64,000 nucleotides of DNA from Podarcis pityusensis (taxonomy: Eukaryota), in the NCBI GenBank assembly GCA_964106645.2, contig OZ067043.1, one strand, 5' to 3'. Below are positions 11,780 to 23,831 of this stretch, piece by piece. The notes beneath the pieces were generated by a model. That model worked only from the letters and a program-made list of their open reading frames with translations, was not told the origin of the DNA and made no database searches. The first letter of the stretch is position 1. Each line of letters starts with the position of its first letter. Position numbers and translations under genes: made by a program.

Positions 11780-12530
11780 GTGGAAAGCGACTTCCATCAA
11801 CTCCCGGGGGCTGGAGCGGGCATTGCGTTTGGCTTCGGAGTCCTGCCGGAACGAATCCGGCGCTGTCCTTCCTTCCTACTTGCCGCAACTGGGGTGGGAA
11901 GCGGCGTCCCGCGAGCCCTCCTCCCACCTGCTCTCGTCAGGCAGAAGGACAACAACCGCCCAGCGCTCCCCGCGGAGCCCTTGCTTTCAGTGAGCCCCGC
12001 CCAAGCGAGCGACGTCTCCGAATGTTTCCGGCGCCGGGGGATGACGTCAACCGTACGGCGGGTCGGAAGGACCGATCTTGGGAAGGGCGTTCTGGCGGCT
12101 GTGGAGCCTGGAAGTGAGGTGAGAGGCAAGTCGTAAGGAGGAAAAGGGGAGGCAGGGCAGCCCCGTCTCCCCTTCGGGCTGAGGGGCTGGTCGGGAAGGT
12201 GCGGCGCTGTCTTTCTCCGCCTGGTGCCGGGAGACGCTGCCTTGGGCGGCTCTTCGTTCGCTGCCCGGGTTGGGTGTGCCCGTCCCTTCCGCTGGAGTCG
12301 CTTCTCCCCTGGACCTCCATGCGGGCTGATAGGGGCTCTATCTCAGTGGCTCTGTATGTTTGGGGGCCGGCAGCCTGAGGGCTTGGTGGGCGCTGCCCTG
12401 CTCGTATGGGGAAGGGTCCTCCGGGGCCTGCCCGGCTGCCCTTGGTGGTCCCAAGGCGTGCAGAGAGATGGGGTGTTGGGGCTGCCAAGCGGACATCAGA
12501 TGTTGGCAGTCGCAAGCTAGACGCGAGTGA
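11780..12530 (+). promoter_or_regulatory. NRAS: NRAS CpG-island promoter and non-coding exon 1 (donor GAG|gtgaga after 12118); full CRE TGACGTCA at 12042-12049; several ETS GGAA cores
   Basis: CpG-rich, TATA-less, about 2.3 kb upstream of the ATG exon. Confidence 0.8.
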
Positions 12531-12990
12531 ACGTAAGAAGAGCCCTGTTGATGGATCAGGCCAGTGGTCCGTCTAGTACAGTGGTACAGTACCTCGGGTT
12601 ACATACGCTTCAGGTTACATACTCCGCTAACCCAGAAATAGTGCTTCAGGTTAAGAACTTTGCTTCGGGATGAGAACAGAAATCGTGTTCTGGCGGTGCA
12701 GCAGCAGCGGGAAGCCCCATTAGCTAAAGTGGTGCTTCAGGTTAAGAACAGTTTCAGGTTAAAAACGGACCTCCGGAACGAATTAAGTACTTAACCCGAG
12801 GTACCACTGTAGTCTAACATCCTGTACCCACAGTGGCGGGACAGGTGCCTGTGGGAAGCCCGAAAGCAGGACACGGGCGCAACAGCACTCTGCCCACCTG
12901 CAATTCCCAGCCGCTGGTATTTGGAGGTGCACCGAATGCTATCAGTGGAGGTGGAAAATAGCCATTGTGGCTTGATAGCTTTCTCTGCCA
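12528..12990 (-). mobile_element. CR1-type LINE 3' end interrupted by a mariner MITE
   Basis: gaacgtaagaagagccctg...ggatcaggccagtggtccgtctagt is a reversed CR1 tail; homology resumes after 12811. Confidence 0.6.
12579..12809. mobile_element. Tc1/mariner(Tigger)-type MITE
   Basis: TIR CAGTGGTAC(C)TCGGGTTA, TA flanks; near-identical to the copies at 17488 and 45871. Confidence 0.88.
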
Positions 12991-13429
12991 CAAGTTTGTG
13001 TCCTGAAATGTTTACATTTTGACACGAGACACCGCCTAAATCTATTCACTGTATGCTCTGTATTAAAATAACATTTCTGTTTATAAAATCATTTGTATGC
13101 TAGCCTTCTGTGCAAAGCCATCCAGTGCGGATTGCAGCACCATAAAACCATACATATACAAAATATAACAGCAGCAGTATTTACAGTCATTTAAAAACCT
13201 AAGCTAGTTTGAAAACAGTTTAAAACAGTTTAAAAACATCAGTATACATTGCTAATACAGAACTCTCTGCACCAAAATTACCAATTCTAAAAGAGCAACC
13301 TTTAAGAGAAATTGGACCAAAAGAGAAGTTTTTAAGGACGACATAATGTTGAGGCCATACAAATCTGCTAACCACAGATGTCAGCTTCAAACTACAAATT
13401 TTGATGTCACCCTTCAGGAAATGCAATAC

Positions 13430-13640
13430 AATCTGAGGCCAGTTGTTCCTCTCTATCCAGATCAGTCAGATTCCCCATTCAGAACAGCTCTATCTTATCT
13501 GAATTGAGTTTCAGCTGGGTTATCTTCATCCATCTCAAAATTGTCTCCAGTTTCCTATTCAGAAATCATTTACATATTTTTCATCTTATTCTCACATCAG
13601 TTTAGGTTGAGCAGTAGCTTGCCCAGCATCACCCAGTAAC
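13430..13640 (-). mobile_element. L2 LINE ORF2 fragment
   Basis: Reverse strand reads WMKITQLKLNSDKIE, similar to the L2 motif WM..N.LKLNPDKTE. Confidence 0.55.
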
Positions 13641-14420
13641 TTTCTTTCCACTGTAAAAGTTCCTTAATGGCCTTGTGCAAGCTACTGCTCAACCTAAACC
13701 GATTCACAGTATTGTGAGACTAAGGGGACCCTCAGGCCCAGGGGCCATATGTGTCTCTGCAGGCCTCTCCACCTGGCCCACAAGACTCTTCCTAGGCCAC
13801 ATACACTCCCGAGCCACACCCCTCCTTAAATATTTTTGCCTGTCTGGAATGTGCCTTTGACTTCTGATAACATTTCTTGTTTGCCTGGCTGGAGTTAAGA
13901 GAGGGGTGTGTAACTTACAGTACAAACATATATCTACAGTTGCTCCCCCCACTAATGTTCTGGCCATGCTCACCACTGTCATGTGGCCCCAGACAGGTTG
14001 CCATGAAGGGAATGTGGCCAGAGGCTGACCAAGCTTCTCCACTCCTGTGGCAGAGAATGGATTTGAGCCAGTGGCTACCTAGGCTAATAATGCAGTCCTG
14101 TGCGTGCCTACTCAAAAGTAAACTCCACAGAACTTTCTCTCAGGTAAATGTGTACAATATTGCAGCCCAGGTCTAAGATCTTACACTGCTGAGCCTGTAT
14201 TGGGGGCGGGGGGGTTGGGTCCAGATCAATCATCCGTGAATTCTCAGACTGAGTTTGGCCTTGTTTTGTTTAATTTATCATCTGCCTTTCAGCCTGTGGT
14301 AAAGCCCTCTTGCTGGCTACTACAGTACCAAACACGTTGGGTGTTCAGAATTTTTATTCTGTCTCTGCATTTGCTATGTGTTTCTGAAAGACGCTCTCTT
14401 GGAGATCTCGGCTCTGCTAA

Positions 14421-14624
<204 letters not shown>

Positions 14625-14831
14625 TGAACCTATGTTTCTTGTGTTTGCTTTTCTACCAGCATACAAGAGGTGCAGCATACTGTCGTCAGTCCTAAGTGTT
14701 AGAAACCCAGAGTTTCACACTCATTAAACTTATCCTGTCTTTAAAGAAGTGGATAGAAACTATGGATTCATTTATCCTTATAATATCAGAAAGCTCAGAA
14801 CTTTTTTGCAAAAGTATTGATATTTTTTCAG

Positions 14832-15178
14832 AGGTAAAGGTAAAGGGACCCCTGACCATTAGGTCCAGTCGTGACCGACTCTGGGGTTGCGGCGCTCATC
14901 TCGCTTTATTGGCCGAGGGAGCCAGCGTACAGCTTCCGGGTCATGTGGCCAGCATGACTTCTGGTGAACCAGAGCAGCACACGGAAACGCCGTTTACCAT
15001 CCCACCGGAGCGGTACCTATTTATCTACTTGCACTTTGATGTGCTTTCGAACTGCTAGGTTGGCAGGAGCAGGGGCCGAGCAACGGGAGCTCACCCCGTT
15101 GCGGAGATTCGAACCGCCGACCTTCTGATCGGCAAGTCCTAGGCTCTGTGGTTTAACCCACAGCACCACCCGCGTCCC
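14832..15178 (-). mobile_element. Sauria SINE, full length
   Basis: Reversed (AAAGGT)n tail; head ends cacccgcgtccc. Confidence 0.93.
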
Positions 15179-15760
15179 GTTTTCACATATGCTTAACTGT
15201 TAATCAGTGGTATCTTTTTAAATCATTGATATCAGTGGGATTAAATTACTGTAGTTATGCTAACATAAATCCGTTGGTTCCAGTGGATCTACTCTGAGTA
15301 TGATTTAGCCAGACACCACCCAGTATGTGTAACAAAATTAAAATATTTGAGTTTTGGGAATTATTTGGTAAAGAATTGGGAGAGACTGGGGGCAGAGGTT
15401 GCTGTAGGATTAAAAGGATGAGGGACAGAGCTCTCCCAGAACTGAGGCACAGATTCCTCCCTTATTCTAAGTTTGGTTTCTGGAACTTTACCAGAAACTC
15501 CCATGTTTTCAAAATCTCAACTGATGTCTTTTCTTGTTTGAAAAGAGATCGTGAGGTTCTTCAGTTGATTGAACAAATAGCCCGTAAACAAGCATGTGTG
15601 GAATCCCCCAACAGCTCATGCTTCTGGAAGCACATCATCCTTTAAATCACCAAATACAGTAAAGATTGGAGAAGGGCTGATTTCGAAACTGTGGATCATC
15701 ACAGTGTGTTGAAGTGTGTGGCAAACAGGATTTGGTGGATCAGATAATGCTTAGTTCTGA

Positions 15761-15961
<201 letters not shown>

Positions 15962-16689
15962 TAAGCTGTGCTTGCAGGAAGGAGGTGAGAAAGGCACAGC
16001 TGCGTGCTAGTGCTGAGCCAAAATCCACCGTGGCCCTTGAATAGACTGTATTGCTAAAGCGGTTGGTAGTCATGTCTAGAACAGAGGTGGTAACTGGATC
16101 CTGCCAGCAGGTCAGATCCTGCCCTCCCCCAGCCCCCATAGACTGTTTTGACAATTAGGTGAGGGCTGCCCACCTGTCAGTCAGCTGCTATCTGATAAAG
16201 CATTTTCATTTGCCTGTGTGGTTTAAAATCAAACTGCGCATTCAAAAGCTCAGGAGCTTATGTACAGCTGAATATGCTGTTCAAGAGGTTTTTGCTCATA
16301 AATCAATCAAAATATTCAAAATAGTTCTGGAGAAATAGGGGACAATTGTGATAGATGCCCTGGCATAGGAAGGGATGGAGAGGATCATACTCAGGTGAAT
16401 AAAAGGATGGTTGGAGCATCTTTCTGTTTTCATTACCTGGTTCATATAGTTAATGGTATGCTGATTTGATTTCTATCCCACTTTCAATTCAGAAGGACAG
16501 CTTATATAAAATTATGCAATCATGTGATATCAAAAGGCCATCTTATGGCATTGCTCTGAACTGCAGGATTTTTCATTATCTGAAGTCAGAAGAGAAGCAG
16601 CCAGGTGCAGCTGCCGTGTTTTGGGGCCAATGGCAATTTGAACAACATGTAAAATTGAGGCTGTGATCTCTTCCCACCCATTTCTCCAG

Positions 16690-16849
16690 AGAACAGATTA
16701 AAAGAGTGAAAGATTCTGAAGACGTACCAATGGTATTAGTGGGAAACAAATGCGACTTGCCAACACGGACAGTAGATACCAAACAAGCTCATGAAGTAGC
16801 CAAGAGCTATGGGATTCCCTTCATTGAGACATCTGCCAAAACGAGACAG
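16690..16849 (+). CDS. NRAS: NRAS coding exon 3 ([24 protein letters not shown]...ETSAKTRQ)
   Basis: 160 nt, NKCD and SAK motifs. Confidence 0.98.
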
Positions 16850-17487
16850 GTAATGGATTCTTGTGCTTCTGTTTTGCTCTCTTGAGAACTGCCAGCACTG
16901 TTCCGGTACACTGATTGAGAAGCCAGCACTAGGCAGGCAGAGGGTTGGAGCTTGTTGGTAGGAGTACTATCCTATAGGCTGCATAAACTTGGAACCTTTA
17001 AAAAAAAGGGGGGGAGCAAGCACACTTCCTGCATGTGAGGAGTAAGGTTCCATTGAAGAAAGAGGTAGCTTTTTTAAAACCCTATTTGTCATGTAGGGAT
17101 GACCCTTTCTGGGGGGAATCACAGCTGGGGTTAACCTTTTTCTCCCCCTCCAGTGCCCCAAATGCCATGCACGCAGCAATCAGGCCTGAACAATTCTAAT
17201 TAATGTCAATAGGAGGCTTTTCCCCAAGCCTACCTGATTGATGTCTTGTGGGCACATTTGTGGCTTGGGAGGAAAGGGTTAGACTTCCATGGCACGTGTG
17301 GCACGCACACCCCCCTTTTGGGTGTGGCAATTAGGTTTCAAAAACAACAACAGCACCCTCATGTCGGCTCAAAATATGAAGCTCTTTTTAAGTCTATTTG
17401 CCACACAGGTAGGGGTGGGCAATCTTCATGGTAATTACAGTTGGGGGGGGGGAAGGATTAACTCCCCCCCCCCATTGTGCTGTAATA

Positions 17488-17728
17488 CAGTGGTACCTCG
17501 AGTTAAGAACTTAATTCGTTCCGGAGGTCTGTTCTTAACCTGAAACTGCTCTTAACCTGAAGCACCACTTTAGCTAATAGGCCCTCCTGCTGCCGCCACA
17601 CCGTCAGAGCACAATTTCTGTTCTCATCTGAAGCAAAGTTCTTAACCCGAGGTAATATTTCTGGGTTAGTGGAGTCTGTAACCTGAAGCGTATGTAACCT
17701 AAAGCATATGTAACCTGAGGTACCACTG
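17488..17728. mobile_element. Tc1/mariner(Tigger)-type MITE, opposite orientation to the 12579 copy
   Basis: TA|CAGTGGTACCTC ... GAGGTACCACTG|TA. Confidence 0.9.
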
Positions 17729-18060
17729 TACCCACAAAATGACCTTCTCAACCTCAGCTTCAGTTTTTATTTTCAAGTCCAGTGGCTGCTGTTGTGCATG
17801 AGTGAACGTGAATGGATGAATGAATGAATGGTGGGGATTAAGGTTTATGTATGTTTTTATGCATGAATGGGGGTGGGTGTATATAAGGGAGAGTGTAGTG
17901 GGAGAGTTCCCCTATTTATTGCATTGATTCTGCCGACTACTGTAATGCAGTCCCCCACTCGGTAAATTTGATATGAAACCTTTCAAGAGGGATGTGTGGA
18001 GAAGGGGCAACAAGGAAAACATCTCCTAGGCCCAGAATCACTTGTTTCTTTCCCGCTCAG

Positions 18061-18180
18061 GGTGTTGAAGATGCCTTTTACACACTGGTGAGGGAGATCC
18101 GCCAATATCGGATGAAAAGACTCAACAGCAGTGAAGATGGGAATCAAGGCTGCATGGGACTCTCATGCCTTGTGATGTGA
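18061..18180 (+). CDS. NRAS: NRAS last coding exon ([39 protein letters not shown])
   Basis: NRAS-type hypervariable region, single palmitoylation Cys181, CAAX CLVM. Confidence 0.98.
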   Translation, partial: GVEDAFYTLVREIRQYRMKRLNSSEDGNQGCMGLSCLVM

Positions 18181-18782
18181 TCAGGTGGGTGGCAGTTTCT
18201 GCTAAACAAGTGATTGAGAAATATGAAGGCACAGTGTTTTTGAAGAAATCTCTTATTTTGAAGGACAGTGATAAAAACAAGTTTTGCAAAGTAGGCGTAG
18301 GAGACGGCGAGAGTCAGAAAGCTGAGTGGCAAATGAGAAAATGCAGATGAATGCCTCATAAGAAGGACTTGTCAGCTTGCATCTTTAAAGCAGGCTCCTA
18401 CAAAGCTCAAATAGACAAAAAGGGCTTGGCAAAAACCTTTGGAAACCTCTGACATAGGGGCTGTAGCTTCCTAATGCTAAAGTTCATGTAATAGGTGTCA
18501 GGTCTCTATAGCCTCTTTTAAAAATAGATGTTTAAATAACATAAAAATCTATCAGTTGGACTACAGTCTTTCTGATAGGGATAAAATGCCTACAGCCTGT
18601 TCCCTCTGCTGTAGCGTCATTATCTACAGCTTTCTTGGTTTTTGTGGGTTTGATTCACTGGAAATTAATGCCGCATGTGGAGTTCTCCTGGGACTCTGCT
18701 TTGGCAGTCTTAAACTTCGCCCTGTTTATGTTATAGAGCGTGTAGTGGAGCAAAACTAACACGATGTATCTCTTCGTTTCAG

Positions 18783-20680
18783 CTGTCAAAAACATCTGGC
18801 CAAAGTGCAGCTAGAGGGTGAATCTTAAGTCCACTGTTGCATTTCACCAGTACCCTGGTGCCAGTTCTAATTCTTTTCTGCTGGCACCTGAAGAGAATGT
18901 CTCTGAACATCTACCTCTTTGCTCAGCTGAGCAAGCAAAGAAAGTCTCCTCTGTTGGTGGTGGGATATCCCCACTCCCACCCTCTCTTTCTCGGATAGGT
19001 TCAAACAGAGGAACTGGTGCGTGAAACTGTAGAGGCCGAATACTTTGAAAGGACCATATACCTGTTTCTGGAAGGAAAGCTGGAGAAAATTGTGATCACA
19101 CTGTACTGAAAAGCCTGACGTCTCTCCACCATTTTTGGACAGGGAAATGCTAGCAGCATGCCCCTGCACTGTATATCTAAAATATTTCTATAGCACACCA
19201 ACTTATTGCACTTATTTTGACCTCTAGCCCTTGGCTTTCTTTCTAGTAAGAGATCTTGAATAACCAAGTGCCTATTTGCAAAGGCAGGACAGGCCTTAAA
19301 CTTACCCTGCAAAGTTCCTAGCTGTCCCATCTTGAGCACCTGAACTTGCCTCAGACCCTTGGTCTGCCTGCTCTTGACCTGCAGTGGGTCTTCAGTGTCC
19401 TCCTTCCCTGCTCTGTTCACTGATCCTTCTTAATAGGACTTTCAGGGGATTGAATGTGGAACCTTCTACATGCAGAGCATGTGTTCTGCCATTGAGCTAT
19501 ATCACCTCCCCAGTAATGCACAAGGACGTCTCTGCACTCTTGACTGAAATACACATTGATCTTTAAGACCTGTGGGGAACTCCAGCAGTCATTCGCCATC
19601 CTCCAGTGTTAAATACATTTCATTTAACTCTTCTTGACAATGCTGGAAGCCATTGGTGCCTCTCACCAGGCCCAGTTAACAGCCATGGACATTAAAACTA
19701 ACAGTTACTCCAATGCCGGTCATAAATCATGGCTCTGTGAGGGCTATGTAGAGGAGATGGAACTGCCCCAGCTTTCTATGCACTTCTCTCTCTTTTTTTT
19801 AATTCGTTCAACAACTTTGTCAGGCACAGACTCTTTATTTTTGATCTGTGAAAAATGAACCAGGGGGAAACACACTTCATCAAGATTATATACTTTGAAA
19901 GCTCTTTCCGGGTGACTGCTGTGCAGTTAAGCTACAGGTAAAGAGCTAGGGGAACAAAAGGGGAACACAAAGGGATTTAGCCACACAGTTTGATGCTGCT
20001 TGGATAAAGAAGTAAATTGCTGTTGTGTATTCAGCCTTACGAACTTTGGAACTGGATTTTTCATGAGCCTATGTGCCCCATAATTCTCTGTTCAAATGAA
20101 TATTTGCTGGGAAAAGAGCTGATTGACTAGATAACCACTATTTATATGAAAGCCATAATATTTGATCTTGGTTCTCATGTCTTGTTCCTGTTTTGCAACT
20201 GAATGTGTGAACTGCCTTGATTCCGAAGTGTTCTTGCTTGATATGGTGGAAATTCGTACAAAAGTGCTGTCTGTGGTAGTTGTTTGATACATACATGTCG
20301 TTGCTAGATGTTGTGGTTATTGCATTTATAAATTCTTCCTAAGTGGGGGGCCAGACTGCAGTAGAAATGGAGTACAGGACCGTAAGTCATTTATTGGTGG
20401 TTTTATTACATTGCCATTTTACTGTACAAGCTCCAAGTTGGAGAAATCACTGTGCAATCACAAGTAGCGAGATGGTGGACACCTATTTCCTAAAAAATCT
20501 TTGCTCTTGCCTAATATGATGATGATGTATCGTTTCAGAGATGTGCAGTATTCTGAGAGGGTCTTAATATGTCTTGCATCTAGGTAAACTGTTAATCAGG
20601 TCTAGGCCTTAAGATATCACAGAACTCCCTTTGTTAAGGGGCTGGTATCACTTAAGCAATAAAGTGGTACATTGTTTAAG
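18783..20680 (+). other. NRAS: Probable NRAS terminal 3' UTR exon (AATAAA at 20658; may extend further)
   Basis: Donor tcag|gtgggt 4 nt after the stop; branch actaac 18755-18760 and tcttcgtttcag acceptor ending 18782. Confidence 0.55.
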
Positions 20681-20810
20681 TCCATTTCCTTTGTTTTTAC
20701 GGACAGAGTTCCTATGTCCCTTTCTGTTTGCATGGCATGTATAAATGTAACAGGTACATTGATGGAGGGGGCAGTATTTGTTGATTTTCTGCTCATCTTG
20801 TAGCTGTTCA

Positions 20811-20935
20811 GGATGTTGAACATAGGAGTACTGCCAGATAACATAGGAGTACTGCCAGGATGTTGAACATAGGAGTACTGCCAGATAACATAGGAGTACT
20901 GCCAGGATGTTGAACATAGGAGTACTGCCAGATAA
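20811..20935. repeat. Compound minisatellite of alternating 26-bp and 21-bp units (ABABA), core AACATAGGAGTACTGCCAG x5
   Basis: Seen directly; copies are perfect. Confidence 0.95.
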
Positions 20936-22601
20936 AAGTGGCAGTCCTTGTACCACTTTAGGAAGTCTCCCTCCACTTTTTACCATGTAGAGGTTGTGTC
21001 TGCAGAAGCCTGAAGATTAAGTGTCATTTCTGGCTGAGCTTTCTGCATATTAGCCAGCGAAAAAGCAGCAGTGAAGAAGATATTGGCCAGTTTCACACCC
21101 ATTGTTAATCTGAGTCCAGTTGCTGCAGATGATATTCTTTCACTAGACTAACTTTGCATTCTCTAGAGATAAAGCACTCTTCCACCTTCAGAATAATAAT
21201 TATTATTGTTATGATTGTTATTATTATTTGCCCTGATGAACACCTCATCGATTAACTGAAACTAGTGGTCAGTATTTTTTAAAGTATTTGCAGTATTGTT
21301 TTTAAAAATACTATTTGAATTCTTCTGGTTCGGGGGCAGGGGTGGTACCCTGCAGATGTTACATCTTCCCATCTTCCCTGACTAGTGGGCTGACAATTGG
21401 GACCCAGCAGCATTGCCTGCCTCTGCTCTGTGCCTTTGTAAGTGGCCAGTTTTGCCGCATGTGACTGAATTAATGGTTAGAGAAAGCACAGATATGGAGT
21501 TGAAAAGGGAAGAAAGTGCCTATTTGCTGCCTGATGAATTTGAGTTCTGGGGTGTTTAAATATAATTTTAAAATGCTCACAATGGTGCTTGCATCTTCAG
21601 AGTCTCCAGCATAATACAGGATGGTCATAAGCTACGAGAAATAATAGTAATATACATGAGCAAATGGCAAAGTGCACATTAATAAGATCTCTACCGATTT
21701 TACAGCTAATTGAAGAAAAGCTCCCTTGTATGTTCTTGAGTTATGGGAGTGACACTTTGCCAATTTCCTTCCATTTGGATAGTAGAAAAGGTGTCTTGTC
21801 TTAATTGGTCTCTAACATAACTGATTCTGCCACTGTTTTGCTCTTGCTGACAGGCAATCTCATTTCCTACAGCAGAATACCACAATTAATATGGGGCAGT
21901 AGAGTCTGTGTGGTTAGGAAGCAAGGCATGCTTCAGCTGTGATTGCACAACACTGGATGGGCTCTCTTTTTAATGAAGTATCAGAACCCAGCATTTAAAC
22001 ATGGAATGTCACCAAAGGACTAATGTCAACTCTATTACTATGTAATCCATTTCTCACTCATTTTGTGTTTTAATCAAATAATGTTTGTATAAAAATTCTA
22101 AAATACATCAATATTATTCCTTGGTGTGTGCGCAATTCTTATTATCCATTTCATTTCTATACTGCTTTATATTTTTAAAGGGGAAACAAATCTCAAAGCG
22201 GTTTGCAACCTTGGGATACTAGTAGTAACTTCTAAGTGGCAAAGAAGCATGAGCCTGCTTAAAAGTCAGTGTAAATCTATAAGTAATGACAGAGTGATCT
22301 GAACTGGTCTGAACCCTATATTACTCAATCAAGCCACAGCAAGCCTGCTGCTGTGTCATAGACTCTGTCTGACAGTAAGGAAATTGATTTACACTTATCT
22401 GTCTTTATCTTCACCTCCCACTTGCTTTAGATAAGTCTATCGTGGGAGAAGTCTCTAGGTTTCCTGTTCTCTCTTCAGCTTAGAGGGTTTCCCCCTTCCT
22501 AAATCATACTTTGTAGCTGGACTAGAGATTTTCCATTAGTTATACATGGGTGATGGTGGAAAGTTCCTGAGTAAAGGCTGATATGAAAGCTTGCATGGTG
22601 T

Positions 22602-22772
22602 AGTGGTACCTATTTATCTACTTGCACAAGTGTGCTTTCGAACTGCTAGGTTGGCAGGAGCTGGGACAGAGCAATGGGAGTTCACCCCGTTGTGGGGATT
22701 CAAACCGCTGACTTTCTAATCGGCAAGCCCAAGAAGCTCAATAGTTTTACACCACAGCGCCACCTGTGTCCT
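22602..22772 (-). mobile_element. Sauria SINE 5' half (inverted part of a split element)
   Basis: Head and B-box on the minus strand, truncated at about 22602. Confidence 0.88.
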
Positions 22773-22867
22773 ATGCTGAAACAAGGTGGCAACTGAGGAT
22801 GTCAGCTCAGGTACTTTAGGAAAAAGAAAGCGGGAAGCAAAGGAATGAGAGAAGGGCGCTGCTCAGA

Positions 22868-22950
22868 CATTTCCCCAGTGCAATAATAATTCCTGCATTG
22901 CAGGGGGGTGGACTAGATGATGCTCACAGTCACTTCTAACTCTACAATCA
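22868..22950 (+). mobile_element. CR1 LINE 3' end fragment
   Basis: cctgcattgcagggggGTGGACTAGATGA...tctaactctac, a CR1-type tail. Confidence 0.6.
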
Positions 22951-23720
22951 GGGTTCAAATGTAAGGTCTCACTCTTAGTGGCAAAACTTCATTTTAATTC
23001 AGATATTGCCATGAGTGCTCTGCCTCTGATTTTAATTCATAAAAACAAATTGTGACCTCTAGCAGAAGTATGGGAAATGCTGTTTCTGTTTGTACACTCA
23101 CACAAATAGTCCACACATCACAGACTAGCTCTTACTACTCTTTCTTGAAGCAACAGCCCTTGTCCAAGTCACACTTGCATGTGGTCATATCAGATAACTA
23201 AGGGATTGAATTTCCTCTGCGTGGCAAGCATTGAAAGCCACCAGCCAGCTCCAGTATTTAGGGAGAAGTAAACATACGTAGATTCTGCTTGCTCCTTTCT
23301 GATAATTTATACCAGAGTAACACACCTGCAGCAGCTTTAGAGGAGGAATGAGAACTGCTTTTGATAGGCTGTTTTTGACTATGTCATCCCTGAGCATTGG
23401 CCATACTGGCTGAGGCAAGTTCAAGAACACCTGGAGTGCCACAGGTTTCCCATTCCTACTTTAGAGGAAAGGGATGGGCTCTTATAGTTACCAAAAAAAA
23501 AACAAAAAAAAACCAACCCTCTGCCCATTTAGTGTACCAATTCAACAGTACAGTACAGTTCTGTAATTGTTCTACCCAGCCACTATTATTCAAAGAAAGC
23601 TGGTAAGACACGTCCTGCATAACATTTTCCTGGTTAGTGTTTCTCCTTCAAATGAGCTTCTTCACACTGCTTCTACAGAACCAAACTTCTTCAACAGAGA
23701 GGTAAAACAACATAGGTCTG

Positions 23721-23831
23721 CTGTCTGCAGACAAACGCTGGCTCCGTTGGCCTGAAGCGAGATGAGTGCCGCAACCCCATAGTCACCTTTGACTGGATTT
23801 AACCATCCAGGGGTCCTTTACCTTTTACCTT
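23721..23831 (+). mobile_element. Sauria SINE 3' half (partner of 22602-22772)
   Basis: gcgagatgagtgccgcaacccc body, accttt tail, followed by TSD accttgtttcagcat. Confidence 0.85.

Noticed and set aside
11707-12520. Several long overlapping ORFs (up to 192 aa) on both strands
   Set aside because: Expected stop-codon depletion in the GC-rich NRAS CpG island; no recognisable domains
19445-19502. tRNA-like A/B boxes on the minus strand (also at 35520-35582 and 45521-45580)
   Set aside because: Degenerate SINE heads without a complete cloverleaf; not tRNA genes
20811-20935. CRISPR-like regularly spaced repeats
   Set aside because: The spacers are only 2 or 7 nt and themselves repeat; vertebrate context with no cas genes, so this is a minisatellite
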